A DNA stretch of 63,874 bases, counting the filler, from Craspedostauros australis (lineage: Eukaryota), in assembly GCA_030167865.1 (NCBI GenBank). It is 10 parts of 10 records of this genome, joined end to end, with 100 filler letters (N's around TTAATTAATTAA, not from the genome) between each part and the next. Parts side by side here need not be neighbours in the genome. Positions count along the whole stretch, not along the records: positions 1 to 3,101 come from JALAGF010006206.1; positions 3,202 to 17,104 come from JALAGF010006207.1; 8 more parts are not named here. One strand, given 5' to 3'. Positions 1 through 13,074 of the stretch are shown in pieces (position 1 is the stretch's first letter; the number at the start of each line of letters is the position of its first letter). Both the position numbers and the translations under genes were made by a program. The notes beneath the pieces were generated by a model that saw nothing but the letters and a program-made list of their open reading frames with translations, was not told where the DNA came from and made no database searches.

Positions 1-379
1 ACGTGGTGACACGATGACATCCTGTCGACGTCAGTAGGCGTCCTTCTGCTCTCCAGATGTCACGTTCCATTGGTGATGCAGGAGCCTATCAGATGATATC
101 ATCATCTGAGGTTTAGTTGGGAAGTACCTCGAAATTCTCTTGGTACCATTGATGGATGGACGGACGATTTTCCAATTTCTCAGAAATCGTCATTTGCAAA
201 TTTCCTCCAGAAATCTTGCCCCTTTTGGTGTGTTCCGTTTCCCCTGTAATTCTGACGAATCACAGTATACTATCGACACGAATGTAGTTATACCGTCCAA
301 GTGCGTATGAGAGAATAACGGGTGAACGATGCACATATACACGTACATTTCGACATATACTCACATGTACATCTCAACA
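1..379 (-). repeat. LTR-like sequence (TGTTGAG... start) abutting and truncating a copia pol ORF
   Basis: The minus strand reads TGTTGAGATGTACATGTGAGTATATGTCGA from 379, exactly where the pol ORF stops (EQQHEQE-C*). The same ~45-nt terminus recurs at 63650(+). Bases ~60-126 resemble LTR-like sequence near 60190-60253 (GGTTTAGTTGGGAAGTA). Confidence 0.6.
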
Positions 380-3101
380 CTCTTGTTCGTGCTGCTGTTC
401 GATGATGTCAGCTAGATCCGTGTACGCGATGAGCTCTTCAGTGTCATCATCGCCGTATGCGATGAGCATCTTGATGTTGTCATGGTTGGCTGCGTCTCCG
501 TCCTTGATCTTGCGGATTACGCGAGCTCTCCATTTGAGTCCATCCTGTTGATGGAGGAAGGTCAATCCGAGCAGCTCGTCAGGACTGAATTTGGGGACTT
601 TGACTACACCTGGATCTGATTCTCCATGTGATGTGGCTACCAAGTCAGAAAGTGCATGCACAACGGGTTGTCTAGCTTTAGGTGTGCTTTCACTGTCGAA
701 ATCATCTGGATTTACGGTTTCGCTAGCTTCGTCATCCATGTCACCAGGCTCCCCAGAAGCAGGCAGGGGGTAGTCAGCCCGTAGGTTTCGCGCGTCATCA
801 GACACACGTCGGATGCTTGAGCGTGGCAACAGCCGTTGCGTTGCGTCATCTAGTACCCAGAACGTCAGCTCATCACCCTTGTGTTCGCATGGCCCAGCCC
901 AACGTCCACGCCGCTCTTGCGCGGTGCCTGGGAAGGCAGCATTCCCAACCTTGTAGTACACTGGCTCCCACCAGTGGAAGTTGAGGTACTTACTCACGTC
1001 GGGACGTTGGCCAGTAGCGGCTTGGATGGGCGTGATGTGACCGGCCGTGGACTGGGACAGATGGTTGAACAGCCCCACGACGTACAGAGTGCAGATGAGC
1101 CAGAACCTGGCAGGAGTGCCAGTTCTGTCCATGATGCCGTTGGTGGTGCGCTTCAAATCCTGGATGCGTCGCTCGACAGGATTCTGATGTTGGTGGTGTG
1201 GCTCGGACTGGTGGTCTGCAATGCAGTACTGCCGGAGGANNNNNNNNNNNNNNNNNNNNNNNNNNNNNNNNNNNNNNNNNNNNNNNNNNTTGGGGACTTT
1301 GACTACACCTAGATCTGATTCTCCATGTGATGTGGCTACCAGGTCAGATAGTGCATGCACAACAGGTTGTCTAGCTTTAGGTGTGCTGCCACTGTCGAAA
1401 TCGTCTGGATTTTCGGTTTCGCTAGCTTCGTCACCCACGTTACCATCCTCCCCAGAATCAAGCAGGGGGTAGTCCGCCCGTAGGTTTCGCGCGTCATCAG
1501 ACACACGTCGGATGCTTGAGCGTGGCAACAGCCGTTGCGTTGCGTCATCCAGTACCCAGAACGTCAGTTCNNNNNNNNNNNNNNNNNNNNNNNNNNNNNN
1601 NNNNNNNNNNNNNNNNTGCGTGGTGCCAGGGAAGGCAGCGTTCCCAACCTTGTAGTACACCGGCTCCCACCAGTGGAAGTTGAGATACTTGCTCACGTCG
1701 GGACGTTGGCCAGTGGCGGCTTGGACGGGCGTGATGTGACCCGCCGTGGACTGGGACAGATGGTTGAACAGCCCCACGACATACAGGGTGCAGATGAGCC
1801 AGAACCTGGCAGGGGTGCCAGTTTGGTCCATGATGCCGTTAGTGGTGCGCTTGATATCCTGGATGCGTCGCTCGACAGGATTCTGATGTTGGTGGTGTGG
1901 TTCAGACTGGTGGTCTGCAATGCAGTACTGCCGGAGGATGTCCTTCATCTTGCCTCCGATCTGCGCTGTGGCGTTGTCGGACATCAACACGTCCATGGCA
2001 CCATGCTCCCGAATGAAGTCTTGCACAACATGGGGAACATGGGATTCGCTTGCCAGAGGGTACACCGCTGTGAGGCGCGTGTTGGATCCTACAAACACCT
2101 GCACCATGGTACATCCACCGTGTCCGGGGACTCCATCATGATGAGCAGNNNNNNNNNNNNNNNNNNNNNNNNNNNNNNNNNNNNNNNNNNNNNNNNNNNN
2201 NNNNNNNNNNNNNNNNNNNNNNNNNNNNNNNNNNNNNNNNNNNNNNNNNNNNNNNNNNGCGATACCACTGGGTAGTACATGCAAGAGTGTCACGCACGCG
2301 GTCTGCCGGAATCCACCCGAAGTATGGCCGTAGCGCATGGAAATTGGGCGCTTTACCCACGATGTTGCGTGGCCCGGCCTTGGTTGCCTTCTCCCCATCC
2401 CCGAGCGTTGCAGCGGATTGAGCGTACTGAACGCACTTGGAGATGGTGATGTCGATGTCGTCGTCTTCGCTGCGTCCGGTTGCGGGAATGTTGTCCAGAT
2501 CAGCCTCCCCGTCCAGGACAGATGGGTCCCACTCTTGGTTGGAGGTGAAGAACACATGTGGCAGATCGTCTAGCTCTGCCTGAGTTGGCTTGTGCATGTC
2601 CATGTATGCGAGGCCTTGACGCACGGTGAGTGGGACGATGAATCCGTCTGGCGTGACGATGGTCTGCCGACCGCCAGGGAGGTCCTTTGGTCGCTCATTG
2701 ACATCCAATCCAAACGCTGCGAGTTGGTTGGCAGAATGGATGGTTCGCCCTTTCCCGTAGTTGGCGTACTGATGGAACCAACCGATCACCGGCCCTGAGG
2801 TGGTCTGGATGACAGCGGTGGCCGTGACCAGAGCCAGATCCTTGATCTCTGCGTCACCAATTCCAGAAACATCGGCCCGGTTGGACGTGGACTCCATCAC
2901 CAGCATGTCATCGCCAACGAGACCGCCNNNNGCACCTCCATCCACCAATGCGCCTTGCACAGTCACGTTCGCGTTGTTGAACTTGTACGATACGTTCGTG
3001 TGAGACAGGGTGTAGGTGCGACCGTCAATGACGAGGGTAGTCGGCGGACTCCCGGACGCGCTAGACATGGCATTGGAAAGCATACGGTTGATTGCTGTTC
3101 C
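380..3101 (-). mobile_element. Ty1/copia (CoDi-like) LTR retrotransposon fragment: aspartic protease + integrase; gapped, part duplicated across an N gap
   Basis: Protease motif ALVDGG(AN)GG. Integrase motifs LMSDNATAQ, SEPHHQHQNPVERRIQDIKR and FHWWEPVYY...RGRWAG. PR-IN order is copia-type. ORFs 2136..3083 and 374..2557 switch frame across an N gap. Confidence 0.93.
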
Positions 3102-3201
3102 NNNNNNNNNNNNNNNNNNNNNNNNNNNNNNNNNNNNNNNNNNNNTTAATTAATTAANNNNNNNNNNNNNNNNNNNNNNNNNNNNNNNNNNNNNNNNNNN
3201 N
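3102..3201. other. artificial scaffold linker
   Basis: 44 N + TTAATTAATTAA (stops in all six frames) + 44 N. Confidence 0.97.
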
Positions 3202-4148
3202 TCGTGACGTCACATGGGCATTGCAAAGACCTAAATCCCCACGAAAGTGGCTGTCTCCATTGCGTCCAGACAAGTTTCAATAGCGGGGCTCCCCCTGGAA
3301 TTCGGACAGCCCGGCGTGTCCCAGTACCCAAGTTCTGGGGCCACTCGAACCCCTCTAATGTGTCAAGAAGCTCCCCTTCAGGCTGTTAACAATGATGTGG
3401 AGTATCCGTTACTGCCACATGATGACGGACAATAGGAAACGTGCTAAATGAGGCTGCGGTTGCGGCACTGCATCAAGATCGAGGCTCCCCACGTCACGTC
3501 TGAGTTGCGTTTCGTTAAGTAACTAGGTAGTTTTCAGACTGTCACAGTACCGTCAGGGGATAGGCCCATCCCGTTCTACAGACACGATGCTTATGATGTT
3601 GGTGTGCTGGCAGTGCAAGGAGCGTCAACGAACAGGATGGATGCGTTTGATGTGGTGCCAATTTGTCTGAATTTAACGGCTCTGTATCAGCACATGTGCA
3701 ACGTTCACACTTGGTACCACGAGGTGAACGGAACCTTGAACCACAAAGAGGAAGAAACGTGTGTGTTGTTTCTCGCGAATTCTGTCCTCGCCACGCTCAC
3801 AAAGTACAAGGACCAGGGACAATTTACAAGGCACAAGAACTCGTACGAGCAAAACAGGAACGACTCCAGTTGCGCTGTCCAACACCCAGACCCTGTTCCA
3901 ATTCGCACCAGAGTACGAGTCCCGATCACGAAATAGAGGAACAAGCAACTTCAAACGGAAGCCGAAACGTCAGGTGCTGGTGGCGATGCAATCCGCCAAG
4001 CACAATTCCGCCACTCAAAGTTCCAGCCACAAAATCCCCAGCCACCCCTTGTCTGTGTTCCACTCAGATCTCATAAAACGCAAACAGCGACCAAACGCAA
4101 AAGCCAACCACAGCAACCACAACAACGACAGCCCATCGAACTGAAGCC

Positions 4149-5066
4149 ATGATTGAAGGACCCACAATGCACCATCAGCACCAGCAACAGCAACCAGGAC
4201 CGTTCGGACCAGCCATCATGTCGCCATCGCAGTACTCCCTCGTCATGACGCAGGACCCGTTCAATGGCGGTACCAGCTGCCAGCCAACCTACAGCCAGAG
4301 ACAGAGCCTGGAGCACCAGCTCAATGAGCATGAGACGCACGATACGCAGGTGGCATCATTGTACCGCAACAGCAGCATTTACCACCATCGCAACCAGCAA
4401 CGAAGACGTCAGCAGGAAGAACCGCCCAAACGCCAACGCCGCGTCTCCTTCCAATGCGACGTCGTCAAATCCAACGGTAGCATCTGCACCAGCAGCACAA
4501 CCACGAGCACCGCCGCCGACAGCGTCTTGGACCAATCCACGTGCTCCAACTCATCACCCACCTTCGGCGCTCATGACACGACTCCATCATCGCAACAACA
4601 ACAACAACAACGCCGCGCTTCTTTCTTGGAACAGCAACAGCGCGCCTTGCAACAGTTCCGCCAAACCCGCTGCGTCACGTTCGCGGCCGAGGACACCGTC
4701 GCCTTGATTCCGAACAACGACGTGCCGATCGACACGCTGTGGTACACGGCCATGGACTACCAGCGCGTGTTGTTGGAGATCCAGCACACGAACCGCTACT
4801 ACCGCAACATCGCCAAGCTGCAGCAGAACGGGTACATCCGCAGCGACGCGGACATGCAGCGCATCCAGCAGGACAATCCCATGCACTGCGCGCGCGGGTT
4901 GGAACGCAGGGACGTGACGGCGCTGCGCAACGGGCTGTGGCAGCTCATCGCGCGGGAACGGCACAATGGCGCCGAGGCGTTGGGATGGATCTGTCAAGAC
5001 TACACGAAGGAGTCCATGTGGCAAGCGCAAGAACGGGGGCAGCGGGATGCTCTTGCGGCGAGATAG
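4149..5066 (+). CDS. uncharacterised protein, 'VxF-WY-RGLE' family (paralogue 1), Q-rich
   Basis: 305-aa ORF with GCCATG start and GC3-rich 3' half. Motifs RRVSF, RCVTF...TLWYTAMDY...HCARGLE...AQERGQRD. Confidence 0.8.
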   Translation: MIEGPTMHHQHQQQQPGPFGPAIMSPSQYSLVMTQDPFNGGTSCQPTYSQRQSLEHQLNEHETHDTQVASLYRNSSIYHHRNQQRRRQQEEPPKRQRRVSFQCDVVKSNGSICTSSTTTSTAADSVLDQSTCSNSSPTFGAHDTTPSSQQQQQQRRASFLEQQQRALQQFRQTRCVTFAAEDTVALIPNNDVPIDTLWYTAMDYQRVLLEIQHTNRYYRNIAKLQQNGYIRSDADMQRIQQDNPMHCARGLERRDVTALRNGLWQLIARERHNGAEALGWICQDYTKESMWQAQERGQRDALAAR

Positions 5067-5391
5067 AGAGTAGAGGAGAGTGGAGCTGAGTGCTCTGCCG
5101 TATAGTATTCTAGAATACTGTTACATTATATTTTACCGCCATACATAGCAATAGTGCACAAATACACAACACTTTGAATGAACAAGACTACGCCAGCCAG
5201 AATAGAATGATCGATTCAAAAGGGACTAGCGTGACGTATTTACAATGGACGCGGCCGCGAACGACGTTTCGGCGACTCCGATTGGTGTCTGACCGCGTCA
5301 CATTTTGGGACACGGACTCTTTCTCCATGCGTTGTTTACATCATCTCTATTATCGTGTTATTTGCAATCTCTATCGTCGCAATGCATTTGC

Positions 5392-6471
5392 CTACAGCGT
5401 GATGAGGGCGGCGGAATGGGTGACATCCTTGAGCCAATCATCGGAAAAGTCCAAGAGCGGCTCGTCGCTGAGGAGATCGCGTTGCGGTGCGCATGGTTGA
5501 CGCAAGGGTTGTGGCGAGGCGGAGCTCATGGCGTTGGCCAGCCAGCATTCGTCAACGGTTTGTTGCGGTGGCACAAACAGCTGCTGCAGCGCTTGGACCT
5601 GAGGAGGCGCGGGCTCCTGCTGGTACCGCATGGCGTCGATGGCATCCATCTTGGCGAGCTGCTGCATCTTGGCGAGCTGGCAGATGGAGGTCGTGTCGGG
5701 CATCTCCCCCAATCCCTGCCTCGCCGCGATGATCTGCTGGTTGATGAGCTTGCGGCGCGTGCGTCGTTCTCTCCACAGGGCTTCGTCGCGTCCCTCCAAC
5801 CCACGAAAGGTGAACTGGACGTTGTCGATGGCGTGCGGTTGGTTCTTGGAGAGGAAGAGAGCGTGGCTGGCATCCCGCTTGAAGGCGTCGTACTCCTCCT
5901 TGACGTACCATCGCTTGGTGTGCTCGGCTGGATCGCGGGCGTCGATGTTCTGCACGAAGTAGTGCGTGTTGAAGCGCACTGACTTGGTTGGTGGAGTCGC
6001 GGAGAAGGACAGGGCTGTCGGGATGGGCGGTGCGTCCATGGCCGCCGTCGATGTGGTGGAGGCTGGCGTCTCGACGCACTCCTGGTTCCAGTCGACGGTG
6101 GTGGTGGAGCTTGTTCGTCGTCGCATTCCACCGGTTGGCCAAAACGCGCTGAATGGATTCGTGCCAAATCTGAGCCTCCTGGAGGAAGAGGACGACGATG
6201 AGCCCGACGACGATGTTGGAGATGGAGACGAGAACGAGGAGGATGACGAAGATGGTGGGAGCCGCAGCTGCAGCGGAGATGATGATGATGTCACGGTGCC
6301 CTGCGTTGTGAAGGCTAATGTGAAGGCGTCTAGATCTCCGCCGTTGGTGTCGTCGTAGTTGCTGGGGTGGGAGGAGGTTGTTCTGACGCTCGTGGGGGAT
6401 GACACATCACCACCATGGTTGTGGTTGATGGTGATCGTCGGCAGATCGTAGGCTTCGGAGAGGGGTGGCAT
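5392..6471 (-). CDS. uncharacterised protein, 'VxF-WY-RGLE' family (paralogue 2), S/T-rich N-terminus
   Basis: 359-aa ORF with AACCATG start. Motifs RRLRF, KSVRF...KRWYVKEEY...FTFRGLE...AKMDAIDA. Confidence 0.8.
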   Translation of the reverse strand: MPPLSEAYDLPTITINHNHGGDVSSPTSVRTTSSHPSNYDDTNGGDLDAFTLAFTTQGTVTSSSSPLQLRLPPSSSSSSFSSPSPTSSSGSSSSSSSRRLRFGTNPFSAFWPTGGMRRRTSSTTTVDWNQECVETPASTTSTAAMDAPPIPTALSFSATPPTKSVRFNTHYFVQNIDARDPAEHTKRWYVKEEYDAFKRDASHALFLSKNQPHAIDNVQFTFRGLEGRDEALWRERRTRRKLINQQIIAARQGLGEMPDTTSICQLAKMQQLAKMDAIDAMRYQQEPAPPQVQALQQLFVPPQQTVDECWLANAMSSASPQPLRQPCAPQRDLLSDEPLLDFSDDWLKDVTHSAALITL

Positions 6472-9360
6472 GGTTGCTTCTGTGAGGCTGAGCTGAGATT
6501 ATGAATTGAGTAAGGCAGCCAGAGTTCCACCGCGGACGATGAAGCTGATGCTTGACCTTGCCTTGCTTCGATGCTCTTCGTCAATCAGAGCAGAGATCAG
6601 ACGATGCGTTGTGATCGTCGTGATCGCCGTGACCTTGATGAACAGCAGCAGCAGCAGCTGTGTGTTGTGGAATTGAGATGGAATTGGAGGGAAGGCCGCA
6701 AGAGGTTGCTCTGCCTTGTGGGTCCAATCTCGCTGTTGTCTTTTCAGTTCCTGGATGTGATGCCGATTGCTGTTTCTGGATGGATGCAGCACCGTGTTGA
6801 CGTGGAACAGTCACTGTCGTGGGTCTTGGATTGCGAATAGGCGTTGCCTGCGATCCCCAACCAAGACTAGTCTGTCTCTACGCGGTACTCGTGGTTCCAC
6901 ACGCCAGAAATCGTTTGGTTTCTGCTCCGATTTCTTGCTGCTGTTCCTCGGCTCGATTGGGCTTTGTCCAACGAAGATGGCGTGATGTTGAGGACTGTCT
7001 CTCTCTCTCTCTCTCTGGCCGATTGAGTTCTTTGATCTGTCGCTGCCGTATCAATCAAACAGGATGCCTCTGCCAAAGGTCCAAAGCTGCAACGCCTCCT
7101 GCTGATGCTGCTGCTGCTGCTGATGGAGGTTGCTCTATAGTACGACTAGTGCAGTGGAGTATTGCCGATGTGTTCCACTACGCTTTCGCTGAAAACACGA
7201 GAGGATTGGATTGTGTGCTTTGCCAACAACACTTCGCTCTCTCTCCACGAATGGCGATGATATGGATGGATGGATCGACAGTGGTCGAGAGTACTCGATT
7301 CAATGAATGGATCGATGGTTTGTCGTCGATTTGCTGTCGATTTGTTGATTTGTCGATTTGTTGCTGCCCATCCACAATGATCAAGAAGAGGCCAATCGCC
7401 GTCTCCGTATCCAACCGAAACTGACGACAACACGAACTCAACTGCAGCGGCCACGCTCGCCCTTGTCACAAAGGACCGGCAGCAATTGCGCAAACTGCGA
7501 GGCGAAATCAAGGAGGAGAGATCCGCGTTGCTGCCTTTTTGTGTGGGTGCGCCTTGTGGCGCGCAATGGTTGGAGTGTCCACAAAATTGCGGCCGCAATT
7601 TGGAGAAGGAAGCGGGTCATATTGCAGTATTCAGATCCTTATACATATATACCATAGTTGTATGTGTCAGAGTCTTTGTGGGATTTAATCTCCGGCATCC
7701 GTTTGCTCGTGAACGGGAGATGAAAGCGTTCGCAAACTTCTGTAAAACCACGAGCACAATGTCACAAGGGCTTCACCTCGCTAGTTGGTGCACCACATCG
7801 TGCACGTTGTCACAAATTTAGTCTTTGCAGCCCAAAATGTCACCTAAAATTGGAGGAGTCGCACAAAATGGTCGTTGCTTGAAAAATCGCGACACAAGCC
7901 GGCCGTCATCCATCACGCTGTTTTTGGTGTGAGAACTGGACAGAGCTGAGCAGGGATGGCACGGAGTGTACTGTAATTGTGGAGGGTGGCAATTGTACCG
8001 TGGAGGATAGTATCACCACATCAACGCGCGGTGAGCAGTAGAGAATAAACGCAATGCCATCACAAGCACACCAACGCACATGTTCCGATTCTTGTTGCCA
8101 CGGTTCTTCTCCGATGTTTCTCTCTGTCGGTAGTCGTGGCCTCTCCTTTCCCTCGCTCTGTTGTGATTGCGTCAACTTCGTGTGCTTTCTCTCTGATGCT
8201 CTGCTGAACGCATGGACGGCTGAATTGATTCATGGATGACTGAATGGGTTGGGGGTTGATGGGCGGCAAAGCATGATAGTAGTGTAGTGGAAGAGCAGAG
8301 TAGAGGAGAGGAGAGTAAGGTTGAGTATCTGGAGATCATTGCTATCACCCATCCAACACGATACCAATGGAGACAATCATGACTGAGTCTCACATGCTCT
8401 CCCAGCATGCTGGACTCATCATCATTGGTAGAGAATACAATGCTCTACGATACTATTCCACACTATCCCTATGTATTCTACTATAAATCAGAGTGTCATC
8501 ACGTCTCCAAGTTTCCGTTCATCTCGTTCGTTCCCACATTGCGGACTATCGGCCTTCGCCGTTTGCATTGATCAAGATCCTTGTGCATACTCGTGCTTCT
8601 CCGCTCCACATCCACATTCATTCATGCGTGTATGCATCTGTGATGTGATGTGCGTGTGTGAATGTCTAAGAGCGACCATTATTATTACAGTAATGGAGTA
8701 GAGTATCTTTAGGTTGTTCCCATTCCAAGTCCATGCCTCACATCATCGTACATGCGTATCGTCTTGTTCTCGGGGTGCGCCTGTTGGGGTGGTTGTGTTC
8801 GTGGGAGTGGTCTATTCTTTGCAGATAATGCTATTATATTATGATTGCTTGATACTCATATCTTTCCAAAAATTAAGCAGGGGTCCAGCAGGGATGCTAT
8901 GTATCGTCGCGTCCAACGGAGCAAATGTATGAGCAGTGTTGTATCGTATCGTATCTTGTTTGGTTCACCTGGGAATCAAATGCGTTGTGTGCTTTCAAAG
9001 ACCGCGTGTTGAATGTGTGTTGAATGTGTTGCGACTGTGTGGAGTGTTTGATGATGATGTCATGCTAGATGCAATCATCCATCCATTCATCCACTACCAC
9101 TCGCTCATCCACTCACTCTCACACATCAGTCTTGGATCGCATTGACGTGCATCGAATGGTAGCGGCAGAGATGGCGAAGGCCATGCCGCTACCATCGCCT
9201 CATGATGATGTCCAACCTCCGATCGGTCCATCGATCGTCATACGTACTGTACTAATACTACGAGGATGTATCCTCGCACAATACGAATGTACTGCACCAT
9301 ACCATACCATGCCTTACCATTGTCCTCGTCGTCGTCTCTTGCATGCTGCGGCAAAAATGA

Positions 9361-10680
9361 TCATTCCCGGTGCCGTCGCTTGAACGGGTTGCGGAACAAC
9401 GATCGCAGGAAACCTCTTGACGATTTCTTTTTCTTCCTGCCTTGCGGCGACGCCAGGGACTTCCTCACGCCGCCGCGCGCCGCGGCCTCGGCATGTTCAC
9501 GCCGCACCTCTTCTTCCGCATGCTGGATGTACTCCTGCACTTCCTGCTGATCGATGAGGGCCACCTCCGCCGCGGACTGGCGACTGGATTCCGTGCGGCG
9601 CGCGTAGACTTGGGACACGGCCTCGTCGTTGAGCACGATGGGCGGCGACACGATCGTCGTGTTGGGCCCCAGTTGTTGCGGCGACATGGCGGCGCCCAGA
9701 TGCTGGCGTATCGCCTTCTGCTTGTGCTGTTCCTGCAGCACGACGGCGACGGAATGCAGACTCGTGCGCGCCTTCTCGATGGCGATTTTCTCGTCGAACA
9801 TCTCGAGGCCGCGCAACTGGGCCGGCGGCACGACGTACTGCGACTGGTCGAAGTTCTGCACGATCTGCAGGCACTCCTCCTTGGCGTTCTGGAGATCCTG
9901 ATCCGTGCACCATTGCTTCTGCTTGTCCTTGCGCGTCATGCGCTTGCGGCTCGGGATGTTGAGGATGCTGGGACTCGCGTTGAACTGGACGCTGGACGAC
10001 CGCCGCGGCGTGGAGCAGGGCTGTCGCATGGATGACTTGCGGCGCACCGGCGCGCGGCGTTCGGGCAGCGATTCGGCCGATGCCGCGGATGGGCTCGTCT
10101 GCGGGGAAGACTGGCCATCGGGTGGATTCGCGGCTTCTGCTCCAGAATTGGTATCCTCTTGAGCATCCTTTTGCATTCCAGGTTGAGTGTCAGGTTGGAT
10201 TCCCATCTTAGTACCTGCTGCGCCACTCGCACGAGCAGCACTGGAGCCGTCTGACATCATTCTGACCGGTTTGATGATCTCGATGCTGTTGCCGTTGTCT
10301 GTTGCGTGGGCACTCAGCGTCAACGCATCCACAGCCGCAACGCGAACAGTTGGCGTTGCTGCCATGGTCGTTGTTGGCGGCGGCAGGCTGGACGTGATGA
10401 AGCCCGGTCGATACGGAGACGGAGGTGGCGACGCTGCTGCGCTGATCTGGGCCATCGCATCGCACAGCATGCTGGAGCTAGTCGTGATATCGCCATGGAT
10501 GCCGTCATTTTGGGCAGAAGTCTGCGGCGATTGCATAGCTGTGTTCTGGTTCGCCTCAGCACCACTGCTATCAGCGTCGTCGTCACTGATGGTGGCCGCA
10601 ACGCAGCTGCTGCCTTGCGGATTGTGGGCCGCGGTCAGGAAGGGTTGCGGAGGCGCCGTGATTGTGTCGGCGAGCGCCAT
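9361..10680 (-). CDS. uncharacterised protein, 'VxF-WY-RGLE' family (paralogue 3)
   Basis: The first ATG of ORF 9361..10761 is at 10680 (ACAATGG). Motifs SSVQF...KQWCTDQD...LRGLE...VLQEQHKQ...VALIDQQEV. Confidence 0.8.
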   Translation of the reverse strand: MALADTITAPPQPFLTAAHNPQGSSCVAATISDDDADSSGAEANQNTAMQSPQTSAQNDGIHGDITTSSSMLCDAMAQISAAASPPPSPYRPGFITSSLPPPTTTMAATPTVRVAAVDALTLSAHATDNGNSIEIIKPVRMMSDGSSAARASGAAGTKMGIQPDTQPGMQKDAQEDTNSGAEAANPPDGQSSPQTSPSAASAESLPERRAPVRRKSSMRQPCSTPRRSSSVQFNASPSILNIPSRKRMTRKDKQKQWCTDQDLQNAKEECLQIVQNFDQSQYVVPPAQLRGLEMFDEKIAIEKARTSLHSVAVVLQEQHKQKAIRQHLGAAMSPQQLGPNTTIVSPPIVLNDEAVSQVYARRTESSRQSAAEVALIDQQEVQEYIQHAEEEVRREHAEAAARGGVRKSLASPQGRKKKKSSRGFLRSLFRNPFKRRHRE

Positions 10681-13074
10681 TGTCGTCTTCGCCGTTCCTG
10701 GATCTTGGTGGCAGGCAGTTTGATTCCTCGCAATTCGGCCCAATCTCCGTTTTTCCTCCACCCGTTTTGTGGAGATTTCGCGCTTTTCTGCACAAACCTC
10801 GCGAACTTGGGGAACGACCTCGAGAGGGGCAGTCTTGTGAGTGTGCTGGTGGTTCTGATGGTGGTCGTTCTCTCACTCAGGCTTCCTTGTTGGATTTGTG
10901 ATGCCGTCAACGCAACGCAACACAATGCAATTCATGTAATGCAATCGTGTGATAGTGTGATAGTGTGATAGCGTTGTCGTTGCGATTGTCCGACAATGTT
11001 GGGAATGGTGTCACCGTTGTGTGTTGTGGTGTAATTTCGCAGAAACGACGCAAGAGATTGTGAACCTGTGGCGATGTTCATCGCAACGCGCGCAAGGTGC
11101 ACCTTGTCTGTGCTTGCGCGAGATTTGTCGCTGACTGGTTGTCACGCAGGACTTTGCGTGCGTTGGATGGAACGGACGGCTCAACCATTCCTCCCAGGCG
11201 AGGAGGCCCAACAAAGACGCTGCTGGTGTCGCGTGCGGTGGTTGCGGATCGAACTTCTTCCGAAAATAGGCCGTCGTTTCCAAATGCTCACGTGCCTTCG
11301 GTCAAATGGAGCAACAACATGCGACATTTAGTCGATTTCAAGAAGAGGTATGACATCACATGTGATATGTCAGCCAGGTATCCTTTCACATGGTTTCGCT
11401 CTTTCGCTTCTGGTTGGTGTCCATCTTGTCACAACACAAGGCGTGTTCACGCGCCAACCACAACTTCGCTTCTCGCTCCAATGAAATCTGTTCGTGAATT
11501 TCATATTGCGATGATATTTTCATCCACTTCTGACGGAGAAGCAAGTGTCCAATCAGAAATGGACAAAATCAGTTCATTGTAACTGTGGTTAATAATTGAT
11601 TTACCGCAACTCATGTTGTTGACCGTTTCATGGACTGAGCGTTTTATTACGGTTATACGTCCACACGTATAGAATTACAGACTATATATTTTTCAAACAA
11701 TCAAGGAACGTTGGAATGCGGAAGGAGCCAGCAGACTGCGCTGTGCTCGGGTGATGATGCCACGGCGTTCATTCTTTCTTGTGGCACACTCTCCATTCCG
11801 CTTGAGTGATTGGTTTGACCAAATGGAGCAGTGTTGCTGCAGGGCCTGCCTTCCTGCCTGCGTTGATTTGTTGTGTGGATGCAGATGTTGCATTTGAATT
11901 TGCGAATTCTTGCTGGTGGACGTTGATACCCCTACTCGCAGCTCGTACAATGCACTGCTCCATCAACCCCCGATCAACTAAATCAGCACACCTTGGCGGA
12001 GGCTTCTGCAAGAACACAACTCAGTGTGATCGTTTCTCCCCTTGCACAAGAGTTCGCACGGGATCGTCATCGATCGTAATTGAACAGGAGGTCAGCTTGC
12101 TGCCTTGCTGGGGCACACTTTATCGTCGCGATTAGAGACGGGAGACATTGCTGGGAGCCGTACTATTATGCGATCAATTCAAATGGAGGATTAAAATAGT
12201 GAAGGGAAAATCAGAGCGCCTTCGCACGTGCCGCGCGAGGTTGGTGACTAGACTGGAGTACATTGTGACCCTTCCAGGCGCGAACAAGCGTGATTTAGTA
12301 CACATTGAAAGTATAATACCAGTATCGATCGACAGAGAACGACGAGTGCCTTTGTGTCTCTCAGAGAAGTCGTTCGGATGATGGTTTTGTCATTTTGTTT
12401 GACATGAAGGGCATCATCATCGAAAGCAACGAACACCGCTCACAGGTGGTGAACACCGCAATTAATCTCGAAATCTTGAATAACGACCACAATCATTCAC
12501 TGGCGTGGATCGCGCGAAGTCATCGGGGGCTTCGTGCTCCTGATGGCAATGCTGAGGGAGAATCATTCCTCTCACTTTCTTGTTGCGCTTCATGCCATCT
12601 GCGTCAACGAACTTGCACAAGAGAGTATCGCTCCAACGTTCTCTGCTCTTTGTGCGATTGGTTGACACCCCGTGAGGAGTCCCAGCATCGCCAGTGTCCG
12701 ACGTGAGGCGGGCCACCGACTTGCGCAACCCACAGCACCAAGGAAGTTTTGCTGGTTGGATGGACAGATGCGATGTTTGCGGCACCACCTCTTCGTCGTC
12801 TGCGGCGGCCCTGCTCAAGAGTCCATGTTTCGTTTTCGTGGACATGTGAGAGCACACGAGACAACGTTGAGCGAACAAACTGCCCACACAAGGCATCAAA
12901 TGACCAGACGCCATGCCATCACAGACGCAGGCAAGCACATAATCTCATTCTCTCGCGTTCCGCGCATATCCCGTCTCAATTCATGCCCCCGTGCCATACG
13001 TACGATCACACTGCACATCGCATATTGCATCGAGTATCACAGACTTGCACATCACGCTATTGTGCAATCCAACA

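Noticed and set aside
590..1937. Apparent tandem duplication of the integrase domain (590-1239 vs 1290-1937)
   Set aside because: The copies are separated by a ~50-N gap and differ by scattered SNPs. This is typical of two element copies or haplotypes scaffolded side by side, not a double-integrase protein.
6472..9360. Numerous 60-200-aa ORFs in the long intergenic region
   Set aside because: Mostly non-ATG starts in microsatellite-rich (CAG, CT, GAT) sequence with no coherent protein features. Likely UTR or promoter DNA.
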